64,000 nt of DNA from Bacteroidota bacterium (lineage in GTDB: Bacteria > Bacteroidota > Bacteroidia > B-17B0 > Aurantibacillaceae). Below, piece by piece: positions 28,819-36,960 of this stretch. The translations under genes were made by a program, and so were the position numbers. The stretch's first letter is position 1. Every line of letters starts with the position of its first letter. The stretch covers positions 244,672 to 308,671 of the forward strand of contig CANFTW010000001.1 in assembly GCA_947450025.1 (NCBI GenBank), read 5' to 3'. Under the pieces are notes generated by a model that was given only the letters and a program-made list of their open reading frames with translations, searched no databases and was not told the DNA's origin.

Positions 28819-31060
28819 CTTTTTTAGTAGAATTTGGTTTTACATAAAATTCAGGAGGAAATCCATTAGCTTGTCTCCATAATTCATAAATCAAAGGAAC
28901 ATTATTTAATAAGGCAAATCCTTTTACTCCACTTCCAATTTGAATAGCCTCCGGCCAAGGTTTTCCAGTATTTTTAGCCAATATTCTAAATTTTCCATTT
29001 TCAGATAGCACCTTATCAAAAGCAACAATTTCAGCCCTGTAGGTTCCATAACTAACTCCTGGCCAACCAGAGAAGACAAACGCAGGCCAACCATCAAAGA
29101 CCAATTGCATAGTTTGGCCTTTTTGAATTAATGGCAAATCAATCGGATTGATATACATTTCAATAGCTTGTTCTGTTTGATTTGGAACAATTGAACATAG
29201 AGCTGCTCCTTCTTTTATTATTTCACCAATACCTTGAACATTGGTTTTGGTAATGAACCCATCTTGAGGCGCTAAAACATAATAAAACCCTTTACGCATC
29301 GTGTAGTTTGCTAACTGATTTTGTAATTTAGTCAAAGATCCTTCTCCCTCATAAAGAGCAGAAAGCGCAGAGAATTTATCAGATTCAGCTTTCATTAATT
29401 TTTCCTGATAATCCTGCTGCACCGTATTTAAATCAATCTCAGCATTTAATAATTCATTTTTTGTTGATATAAATTTATTATCTGCTGATGTTTTTTTTGC
29501 GAGTGCCTCTTGTACTTTTATTCTTCTGTTCTCTAAATCTGTTTTAGAAATGACTCCCTTAATGAGCAATTCTTCAAATCTTTTCAATTGCTCCTCTGCT
29601 GTTTTATAATTATTATAGGCAGCCTGTGACTCTACACTATCAGTTGTTATTTTAATTTTTGCTTGAATAATTTTATTCCTAGACTGTTCCATTTTTAACA
29701 ACAAGGTTTTATTCAGAGCGTCAATTTGCGAATTTACAGCATTCACTTTGCTTTCATAAGACTCTAAGGTTGTCTCCTTAGACTTAATTTGTTGTTCTGA
29801 ACGATTAATTAATTGGGGATCAAAGTATTCATCTTTAATCTCTGAGATAAACGCAATGGTGTCATTTTTCTTTACAAATTGACCTTCATTAATAAACCAT
29901 TTTTCAATGCGACCGCCAATTCTGGATGTAATCGTTTGTGGTCTATTCCCTGGATTTAAAGTGGTGACTTTACCATAAGACTCTACATTTTGAGTCCAAG
30001 GCATTATAAGAATTACACTCCCTGAAACACCTAATGCTAGTAACAAATATTTTATTGCCTTAGAATATTTTTTAACATAGATATTAGAAACGCTTTTTAA
30101 CTCAGATGATTCACTATTAACAACAGAATATTCATGTTTTTCATCGAATATACTTTCCAATTTATAGATAGAGGTTATAATATCATAACATGTTCCTAAA
30201 CTACTGACTAATTTCTCGACTGAATTGATCACTAAAAATATAATAATTTCTGAAGCGATAAATTGCCCGATATTTAACTCTCCAATTTGAACTAAATAAG
30301 CGCCAAAAAACAAAACAATGGCAGTAAATAGAATCTTAAAAATGATGATGCCTTTATATTGCGATTCTAAAACTCCATAATACTTTTTTCTTTCTGAAAA
30401 ATAATTATTCAAAACATCATCCGTGTTTTCTATAAAACTTGGATCCTCTAATTTATTCTCTCTTGCACTTAATTGAAACCAATTGATAAGATTATACTTT
30501 TCATTAGAAACTTTAACATTTGTCTCGATTCCCCTATTACCATAATATTTAATAATAAAATAAAAAACCAGTGCCGACAATAATGAAAAAATCATAAACC
30601 ACGAGCTATACATTGGTAAGATTAATAAGCCAAAAACTATACTGATAATAGAAAACGAAAAATCCAATAAGATTTTACTAATTCCCTTTTGTAAAGTAAC
30701 AATCTCAAAATATTTATTTAATTTATCAAATATTTGATCCGAATGAGTTGTAGCATTAATATAATGGCTGATACGTGACACAATATTTCCGAAAATCTTT
30801 TGATGTAAAGTTTCGTTTATACGCATTTGCCATATTTGAAAAAAACCAATAAAACATGTTGCTAAGATGGTCACAGAACTTAATAGAACTAAAGATGCTG
30901 AAAAAGAACCCGCCATAATATAGGTTACTACACCTTGAATACCTAATGGAATAGCTAAATACATAATACCTTGTAACAATGCCAATAAGTATATTTGACT
31001 TATAACTCGCCTTTCATTATATAACCAACTAAATAAAAGACCCGCCTTATTTCTTTTCAT
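28805..31060 (-). CDS. Fusion of an ABC-transporter transmembrane domain and a HlyD-family membrane fusion protein
   Basis: N-half has LAIPLGIQ, LQKGISKILLD and LNIGQFIASEIII. C-half has PWTQN..G.VTTL.P..RPQTI...GRIEKW, coiled coil, APQDG and FDGWPAFVFSGWP. No Walker A/B motif. Confidence 0.85.
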   Translation of the reverse strand: MKRNKAGLLFSWLYNERRVISQIYLLALLQGIMYLAIPLGIQGVVTYIMAGSFSASLVLLSSVTILATCFIGFFQIWQMRINETLHQKIFGNIVSRISHYINATTHSDQIFDKLNKYFEIVTLQKGISKILLDFSFSIISIVFGLLILPMYSSWFMIFSLLSALVFYFIIKYYGNRGIETNVKVSNEKYNLINWFQLSARENKLEDPSFIENTDDVLNNYFSERKKYYGVLESQYKGIIIFKILFTAIVLFFGAYLVQIGELNIGQFIASEIIIFLVINSVEKLVSSLGTCYDIITSIYKLESIFDEKHEYSVVNSESSELKSVSNIYVKKYSKAIKYLLLALGVSGSVILIMPWTQNVESYGKVTTLNPGNRPQTITSRIGGRIEKWFINEGQFVKKNDTIAFISEIKDEYFDPQLINRSEQQIKSKETTLESYESKVNAVNSQIDALNKTLLLKMEQSRNKIIQAKIKITTDSVESQAAYNNYKTAEEQLKRFEELLIKGVISKTDLENRRIKVQEALAKKTSADNKFISTKNELLNAEIDLNTVQQDYQEKLMKAESDKFSALSALYEGEGSLTKLQNQLANYTMRKGFYYVLAPQDGFITKTNVQGIGEIIKEGAALCSIVPNQTEQAIEMYINPIDLPLIQKGQTMQLVFDGWPAFVFSGWPGVSYGTYRAEIVAFDKVLSENGKFRILAKNTGKPWPEAIQIGSGVKGFALLNNVPLIYELWRQANGFPPEFYVKPNSTKKDDKK

Positions 31061-31073
31061 AATTATTTTTTTA

Positions 31074-31157
31074 CAAAAATAGTAAAAATATTTAAAATGA
31101 TAGTATTACTATTATTTATTTGCATTTATTTAATATATATGATACTTTTACTTTCAT
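31074..31157. promoter_or_regulatory. Divergent promoter region with two putative TetR operators
   Basis: Dyad AAATGATAGTA-T-TACTATTATTT (31095-31117), related ATGATACTTTTACTTTCAT (31139-31157), and a minus-strand -7 box TATTTTTG (31074-31081). Confidence 0.6.
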
Positions 31158-31168
31158 ATTTAAAACTC

Positions 31169-31849
31169 ATGGAATTAGATCTTAGAATAAAAATGAATGA
31201 TAAACTGTTTCTTCGCAATCCAGAAGAATCAGTTTTAGGTAAGAAAATTGTGAAAAATGGACTATTATTAATTAATAAACTTGGTTTTGAGGAGTTTACA
31301 TTTAAGAAATTAGCTAATGAAATTTCTACTACCGAGGCAAGTATCTATAGATATTTTGAAAATAAACATCGTTTTCTTGTATACTTAATTAATTGGTATT
31401 GGAGCTTTATAGACTATAAAGTGGTTTTTTATATTAATAATATCAGAAATCCTGAAATTAAATTAAAAACAATCATTAAACTTTTAGTAGAAGAACCCTT
31501 AAATCAAAACTTAAGTCATGATTTTATCACCGAAAAAGAAGCTTACCAACTAATTATGTGGGAGAGTTCTAAATCTTATTTAACACGAAATGTTAGTAAA
31601 GACAATAAAGATCAACTGTTTAGACCTTATAAAAATTTATGTGAACGTATTTCTTCAAACATAAAAGAATATAATCCAAAATATAAATTCCCTCATTCCA
31701 TGGCCAGTACTTTGCTTGAAATGGCTCATTCACAAAAATTTTTCATGAATAATCTGCCTGCACTAACAGACTTTTCGAAAGACCAATCTGATAAAAAAAT
31801 TATCCAATTTTTAGAGTCATTATTGTTTTCATCCATTCAATCCAAATAA
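31169..31849 (+). CDS. TetR/AcrR family regulator
   Basis: GFEEFTFKKLANEISTTEASIYRYFENKH HTH. Start moved to MELDLRIK because the upstream extension runs through the operator region. Confidence 0.9.
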   Translation: MELDLRIKMNDKLFLRNPEESVLGKKIVKNGLLLINKLGFEEFTFKKLANEISTTEASIYRYFENKHRFLVYLINWYWSFIDYKVVFYINNIRNPEIKLKTIIKLLVEEPLNQNLSHDFITEKEAYQLIMWESSKSYLTRNVSKDNKDQLFRPYKNLCERISSNIKEYNPKYKFPHSMASTLLEMAHSQKFFMNNLPALTDFSKDQSDKKIIQFLESLLFSSIQSK

Positions 31850-31882
31850 TAACCTAGCTAAAAAATCCTTAGCTAGGTTATT
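31848..31882. terminator. Intrinsic terminator hairpin
   Basis: AATAACCTAGCTAA...TTAGCTAGGTTATT between convergent genes. Confidence 0.75.
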
Positions 31883-31906
31883 CAAACAATAATAATCATT
31901 TTAAAA

Positions 31907-32113
31907 TCAATGATTTTTTTGTTTTATAAAAGCTGTCAATAAAAAAACAGCTAAGCCTACGACACAAATTACAGGAACTGCGAAATTAAAATTAACGGAA
32001 GTAACCATAGATGCTAATTTATTTTGAGAGTATCCTGATGAATGAATTATTAATAAAATAAAACAAACTACCATGTTTTTTTTATTTACCGAAATTAAAG
32101 AGGAAGTTTTCAT
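31907..32113 (-). CDS. Small membrane hypothetical protein
   Basis: 68 aa with a signal-like segment and a C-terminal TM helix; regularly spaced repeats upstream. Confidence 0.5.
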   Translation of the reverse strand: MKTSSLISVNKKNMVVCFILLIIHSSGYSQNKLASMVTSVNFNFAVPVICVVGLAVFLLTAFIKQKNH

Positions 32114-32192
32114 AACGATTAGATTTATTTGTTTTTAATTGTATTCTAATCAATTATACCAACAAACTATGGAAAGGTTTTTTGTAATTGGT

Positions 32193-32245
32193 AACTGGTT
32201 AAGTTTATCTCACAACTGGCAGAAATTAATATCATTAGTGGTAAA
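32193..32245 (-). promoter_or_regulatory. Three direct repeats at 21-22 bp spacing (LytTR-type binding array)
   Basis: AACTGGTTAA (32193), AACTGGCAGA (32214) and TAGTGGTAAA (32236). Confidence 0.45.
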
Positions 32246-32246
32246 T

Positions 32247-32278
32247 AAAAAACCAATCAAGACATCCTGATTGGTTTT
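32247..32278 (-). terminator. Intrinsic terminator of mnmA
   Basis: AAAACCAATCA...TGATTGGTTTT hairpin with a minus-strand U tract. Confidence 0.75.
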
Positions 32279-32303
32279 AAATAATCTAATTATAAATCCT
32301 ATA

Positions 32304-33407
32304 TTATTGAAATACTAGAGGCTTTCGATCTATAAAACCACCGCCAATTAAATCATTACCTTCATAAATTACCGCGCTTTGGCCTGGTGCAATACCAGTT
32401 GCTGATTCGTGGAATACAATATTTAATTTATCTTCAACTTTATTGATGGTACTTAATCGACCTGCATCTTTATAACGGATTTTAGTTAACGCCACATAAT
32501 CTTGAGGTAAGCTTTCGTATTTAATTAAATTAAAATCACGAACGTTAATTTCCATTTCTTTTAAATCTTCCAAATCGCCTAATACAACTGTATTTGTTTC
32601 AGGAATAATTTCTTTCACAAAAACAGGATCTCCCATGGCAATATCTAATCCTTTTCGTTGGCCAATTGTATAAAAAGGATAACCCCTATGTTTACCAACT
32701 TTTTTACCCTTAAAAATATAATCACCACCTTCTACACTAGTCTCTAGGTTTGGCAAACGGTGCTTTAAAAAGGCTCTATAGTCATTATCTGGAACAAAGC
32801 AAATATCATAACTTTCACTTTTATTTGCTAAGTCAATAAAACCAGCATCCTTCGCCATTTGTTTAATATCTGATTTCTGGTATCCTCCTAAAGGAAACAT
32901 TGTTCTCTTTAAACTTTCTTGACCTAAACCCCAAAGTACATAAGTTTGATCTTTGGTTTGATCTAATCCTTTAAAAATAACTTTGCGATTATTTTCTTCT
33001 CTTAATTGAGCATAATGGCCAGTTGCTATAAACTCACAATCCAACATATCTGCCCGCTTTAACAAGGCATCCCATTTAATATGGGTGTTACATAGTACGC
33101 AAGGATTAGGTGTTCTTCCTGCTAAATATTCTTCAACAAAATTATTAATAATATGGTCTCCAAACTCTCCACGTATATCTAAAATATAATGAGGAAATCC
33201 AAAGGTAACTGCCATTGAACGAGCATCATTGATACTATCTAAACTACAACAACCTGTTTCTTTTTTGCTACTACCTGATGATTCGTAATCCCATGTTTTC
33301 ATCGTAATACCAATCACTTCGTAACCTTCTTCATGTAACATCATTGCCCCAACAGAACTGTCAATCCCGCCACTCATCGCCACTAATACTTTTCCGTGCT
33401 TACTCAT
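32304..33407 (-). CDS. mnmA: tRNA 2-thiouridine(34) synthase
   Basis: AMSGGIDSS, GRTPNPCVLCN, ATGHYA, KDQTY, YTIGQRKG and PGQSAVIY. Confidence 0.96.
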   Translation of the reverse strand: MSKHGKVLVAMSGGIDSSVGAMMLHEEGYEVIGITMKTWDYESSGSSKKETGCCSLDSINDARSMAVTFGFPHYILDIRGEFGDHIINNFVEEYLAGRTPNPCVLCNTHIKWDALLKRADMLDCEFIATGHYAQLREENNRKVIFKGLDQTKDQTYVLWGLGQESLKRTMFPLGGYQKSDIKQMAKDAGFIDLANKSESYDICFVPDNDYRAFLKHRLPNLETSVEGGDYIFKGKKVGKHRGYPFYTIGQRKGLDIAMGDPVFVKEIIPETNTVVLGDLEDLKEMEINVRDFNLIKYESLPQDYVALTKIRYKDAGRLSTINKVEDKLNIVFHESATGIAPGQSAVIYEGNDLIGGGFIDRKPLVFQ

Positions 33408-33410
33408 CTT

Positions 33411-34208
33411 TTATTTTTTTGCTGGCTTATTTGTTGATTTTGTTCCAGGCTTTGTTGTAGTTTTTGTATCTTCTGCTTTAGGCTTTTCGTCGGTAGTTTT
33501 ATTTTTACTAAAAAAAGCTTCTGTTTCCTTAGCTGATGCTAATGTTCCTCCTGCTTTGTACAATTCTTTTTCCTTTACCTTTCCTGTTTTATCTCTGTAT
33601 ATCCATGGACCAGTTTTATACCCATTTTTATAATAACCTACAGCAGCTGTGACACCATTTGGAAAATAAAAGGCATTTTTGCCATCTAATTGTCCTTTAA
33701 CATATACACCCTCACTTTTTACTAATGTTTTATCATAGTATAATTTATAAGGGCCATCCATAATTCCACTTTTGTATTTTCTCTCTTCACTGATCACGCC
33801 ATCTGGAAAATAAACATATTCTATTCCATCTTTTTTTCCTTTTATATACGATTCTTTGGAAATTAAAACACCTTTATCATCATAATAGGTCCAAACAGAA
33901 TCTTTATCCTCTCCAATATACTTTCCATAAGCCATTTTTTTTCCAGTAGGATGAAACATAGTTGAATAGGCATACTTACCATCTTGCTTAAAATTCATTA
34001 TGGCTTTGATGGTATCATGAGGATAATAATATTTAAATACTCCTTGAGGCTTATCATCTTTAAATAATCCTTCATAAATTAATTTATTGGTTTTTTCGTC
34101 TTTCTTTTTCCAATAGCCTTGCTTTTTACCATTAGCATCAGTTTGCGTTTGGGCATTAGTTAAATAACTGAAGAGTAAAGAAAAAAATATGAAATAATAC
34201 TTTTGCAT
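33411..34208 (-). CDS. Exported MORN-variant (YwqK-like) repeat protein
   Basis: Signal peptide and repeated G.y..g...G.w.yy..nG units. Confidence 0.8.
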   Translation of the reverse strand: MQKYYFIFFSLLFSYLTNAQTQTDANGKKQGYWKKKDEKTNKLIYEGLFKDDKPQGVFKYYYPHDTIKAIMNFKQDGKYAYSTMFHPTGKKMAYGKYIGEDKDSVWTYYDDKGVLISKESYIKGKKDGIEYVYFPDGVISEERKYKSGIMDGPYKLYYDKTLVKSEGVYVKGQLDGKNAFYFPNGVTAAVGYYKNGYKTGPWIYRDKTGKVKEKELYKAGGTLASAKETEAFFSKNKTTDEKPKAEDTKTTTKPGTKSTNKPAKK

Positions 34209-34413
34209 AAAAATGATTTTTACCTATAACTTATATTGTATGCAAAGTTACATTATCTATTAATAAAAAAAGGGCTTATATATATATATTTTCTGAAAAT
34301 TTATAAAATGAGCTTTACGGCTTATATTGTTAAACTTCTATAAAAACAAATTCAGCCAAGTAACTAAAGAATAAAACAATCGTATGATGCTACTAATCTA
34401 AATATTTTAAAAT

Positions 34414-35007
34414 ATGAAAAATGCCACTGTCTTTTTTGTGCTAATAATAGCATCCTATTTCTTTTTAAATTTTAATCAAACTAATAATTACCAAGAAGGT
34501 GATATTATTTTTCAAACCACGAGTGGGCCTACTGGGAAAGCTATACAAATAGCTACTCACAGTAAGTTTAATCATTGTGGTGTTTTGTTTTTAGAAAACA
34601 ATAAATGGATTGTATATGAAGCTGTTCAACCAGTAAGAAAAACAAGTTTAGAAAATTTTAATGCTAGAGGAAAAGGAACAGTAAGAAGATTAGGAAATAA
34701 GACTTTAACAAAAGAAGATATCGATAAGTTAAAAACATTATTTAAAACCTACCAGCATAAGGATTATGACGAAGCATTTAATTGGAGTGACGAAAGAATA
34801 TACTGTAGCGAATTAGTTTATAAATTATATAACAATGCCTTGCAAATAGAACTTTGTAAAACAAGAAAACTAAGCGATTTTGACCTCAGCAATCCATTAG
34901 TAAAAGAAAAATTAAATGAAAAATATGGTAATAAAATCCCTATGAATGAGCCTATTGTGTCACCTGAAGATATCTATAAATCAGCCTTATTAGTTGACAT
35001 AAAATAA
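34414..35007 (+). CDS. YiiX/YebB-like permuted NlpC/P60 enzyme
   Basis: GDIIFQ, ATHSKFNHCG, VYEAVQPV, YD..F.WSDERIYCSELV and VSP. Confidence 0.88.
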   Translation: MKNATVFFVLIIASYFFLNFNQTNNYQEGDIIFQTTSGPTGKAIQIATHSKFNHCGVLFLENNKWIVYEAVQPVRKTSLENFNARGKGTVRRLGNKTLTKEDIDKLKTLFKTYQHKDYDEAFNWSDERIYCSELVYKLYNNALQIELCKTRKLSDFDLSNPLVKEKLNEKYGNKIPMNEPIVSPEDIYKSALLVDIK

Positions 35008-35038
35008 AAAATCCATCAGTTGGCATACTGATGGATTT
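35008..35038. terminator. Bidirectional intrinsic terminator
   Basis: AAATCCATCAGT...ACTGATGGATTT between the YiiX-like gene and recA. Confidence 0.8.
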
Positions 35039-35064
35039 CTTATAACAAAAATCTTAAAAAAAGT

Positions 35065-36114
35065 CTAGGCGTTAGCTGCTTCTTCTTTTAAAACAGCAAT
35101 AATTTTATCTTCTATTTCTTGGGCTAAATCAGGATTTTCAGCAAAAATAGCTTTTACAGAATCTCTTCCTTGTCCTAATTTAGTTTCATCATAACTAAAC
35201 CATGATCCACTTTTTTTGATAATGCCTTTATCCACACCAATATCAATAATCTCACCTACTTTACTAATTCCTTCTCCAAAAACGATATCAAATTCAGCCA
35301 TACGGAAAGGAGGTGCTAATTTATTTTTAATCACTTTCACACGTGTTCTATTTCCACTCACAACATCACCATCTTTAATTTGACTAATTCTTCTAATATC
35401 TAAACGAACAGAGGCGTAAAATTTAAGCGCATTACCACCAGTTGTTGTCTCAGGATTACCAAACATCACTCCAATTTTTTCACGTAATTGGTTAATGAAT
35501 ATACAACAGCATCCTGTTTTATTAATTGTACCAGTTAACTTACGTAATGCTTGACTCATTAAACGAGCTTGTAAGCCCATTCTGCTATCGCCCATTTCGC
35601 CTTCAATCTCTGCTTTAGGCGTTAAAGCTGCAACTGAATCAATTACCACTAAATCCACAGCACCAGAGCGAATTAAATTGTCTGCAATTTCTAAAGCTTG
35701 CTCTCCATTATCTGGCTGAGAAATTAATAAACTCTTTATATCGACTCCTAATTTAGAAGCGTATGTGCGATCAAACGCATGCTCAGCATCAATAATAGCA
35801 GCAATACCACCTGCTTTTTGCACATTAGCAATCGCGTGAATTGCTAATGTTGTTTTACCCGACGATTCAGGTCCATAAATTTCAACGACACGTCCTCTTG
35901 GCAAGCCTCCTATGCCTAAGGCAATATCTAATCCTAAAGAACCCGTAGAAATTGAATCCATAGGTTCTACTGTAGTGTCACCTAATTTCATTACTGTTCC
36001 TTTACCATAAGTTTTTTCTAACTTATCTAAGGTTAATTGTAATGCTTTTAATTTTTCACTACCTATTGCTTTTCTGTCTACAGTTTCAATAGCTTCTTCT
36101 GTTTTTTTTGCCAT
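35065..36114 (-). CDS. recA: Recombinase RecA
   Basis: [26 protein letters not shown] and [18 protein letters not shown]. Confidence 0.99.
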   Translation of the reverse strand: MAKKTEEAIETVDRKAIGSEKLKALQLTLDKLEKTYGKGTVMKLGDTTVEPMDSISTGSLGLDIALGIGGLPRGRVVEIYGPESSGKTTLAIHAIANVQKAGGIAAIIDAEHAFDRTYASKLGVDIKSLLISQPDNGEQALEIADNLIRSGAVDLVVIDSVAALTPKAEIEGEMGDSRMGLQARLMSQALRKLTGTINKTGCCCIFINQLREKIGVMFGNPETTTGGNALKFYASVRLDIRRISQIKDGDVVSGNRTRVKVIKNKLAPPFRMAEFDIVFGEGISKVGEIIDIGVDKGIIKKSGSWFSYDETKLGQGRDSVKAIFAENPDLAQEIEDKIIAVLKEEAANA

Positions 36115-36365
36115 GATATTTATTTTTATAGTTTTAAGTTACATTTTTAAAATCGAGACTCATTAACAACTTGATAACAATCTCAAATTCTTTACAAATC
36201 TAAATCAAAATTCAAGCAATTGATTGCTATAAATTGTAGCATTAGATAAAATAGCAGTATTTAAAAGGCTTTTGGAATAAAAAATAAATATTTAATTTTA
36301 ACTTGGATTTAAAAATAATGCCTGAGAAAACCATTAACTGCAAATTATTTTAAAGAAAAATCCAT

Positions 36366-36436
36366 AAAAAAAGCCTTCTATTTCTAGAAGGCTTTTGTCG
36401 GGGTGGCCATCACGCTAGAGCGTGAGAACTGACGGC
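36366..36436 (-). repeat. Duplicated tRNA-Pro 3' end plus terminator, T-loop replaced by a hairpin
   Basis: GTCGGGGTGGCCA (36397-36409 = 36730-36742) and GAACTGACGGC (36426-36436 = 36748-36758), with a homologous terminator alongside. Confidence 0.9.
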
Positions 36437-36439
36437 AAA

Positions 36440-36691
36440 CTAAATACTATAATCTATATTATTTCTTTCTAAATAACGCTTTGCACCATTCTTCTTAATT
36501 TGTTGTTCTAATTGCATAGCACTTGATTTATTAGGAAATTCAAAGGTCTTTATTATCTTCCAGGGAACACCTTTTTTAGTGAAATGATTCATTCCTGTAT
36601 TATGAAACATCATTCTCTGCTTTAAATCAGCAGTAAACCCAGTATAGAATTTCTTTAGTGAATAACTATATAAAATATAAACTACAAACAT
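36440..36691 (-). CDS. Small GIY-YIG nuclease family protein
   Basis: VYILYS..LKKFYTGFT.DL.QR...HN.G...FTK...PW...A..LE..IK. Confidence 0.88.
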   Translation of the reverse strand: MFVVYILYSYSLKKFYTGFTADLKQRMMFHNTGMNHFTKKGVPWKIIKTFEFPNKSSAMQLEQQIKKNGAKRYLERNNIDYSI

Positions 36692-36700
36692 CTATAAAAC

Positions 36701-36729
36701 AAAAAAGCCTTCCATTTCTGAAAGGCTTT
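36701..36729 (-). terminator. Intrinsic terminator of tRNA-Pro
   Basis: Minus strand AAGCCTTTCA-GAAA-TGGAAGGCTT followed by a U tract. Confidence 0.8.
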
Positions 36730-36730
36730 G

Positions 36731-36804
36731 TCGGGGTGGCCAGATTCGAACTGACGGCCTCCACGTCCCAAACGTGGCGCGATACCGGGCTACGCTACAC
36801 CCCG
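36731..36804 (-). tRNA. tRNA-Pro(TGG)
   Basis: CGGGGTGTAGCGTAGCCCGGTATCGCGCCACGTTTGGGACGTGGAGGCCGTCAGTTCGAATCTGGCCACCCCGA folds as a cloverleaf with anticodon TGG; CCA is not encoded. Confidence 0.96.
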
Positions 36805-36851
36805 CTTTTCTATAAAATGATTAAAAAAATACTCTATAAAAAATTAGAGTG

Positions 36852-36859
36852 CAAAGATA
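36852..36859 (-). promoter_or_regulatory. Bacteroidota -7 promoter box of tRNA-Pro
   Basis: TATCTTTG on the minus strand about 47 nt upstream of the tRNA. Confidence 0.65.
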
Positions 36860-36902
36860 CAATTTTTTTTATTCAAAAAAAGAAAAACATGATTTTTTTT
36901 AT

Positions 36903-36937
36903 AAAAAAAATGGGGTTGTCAAAAATACAACCCCATT
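36903..36937 (-). terminator. Intrinsic terminator of the T9SS cargo gene
   Basis: A8-TGGGGTTGT...ACAACCCCA hairpin. Confidence 0.8.
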
Positions 36938-36960
36938 CATATTGTTTAATATAGACTTAT

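Noticed and set aside
19151..32113. Accessory block as an active mobile element
   Set aside because: No integrase, transposase, tRNA target or terminal repeats seen at its edges.
33411..34208. YwqK-like protein as an antitoxin
   Set aside because: It has a signal peptide and generic MORN-variant repeats, with no adjacent toxin gene.
36658..36954. 98-aa plus-strand ORF
   Set aside because: Antisense to tRNA-Pro, its terminator and its promoter; spurious.
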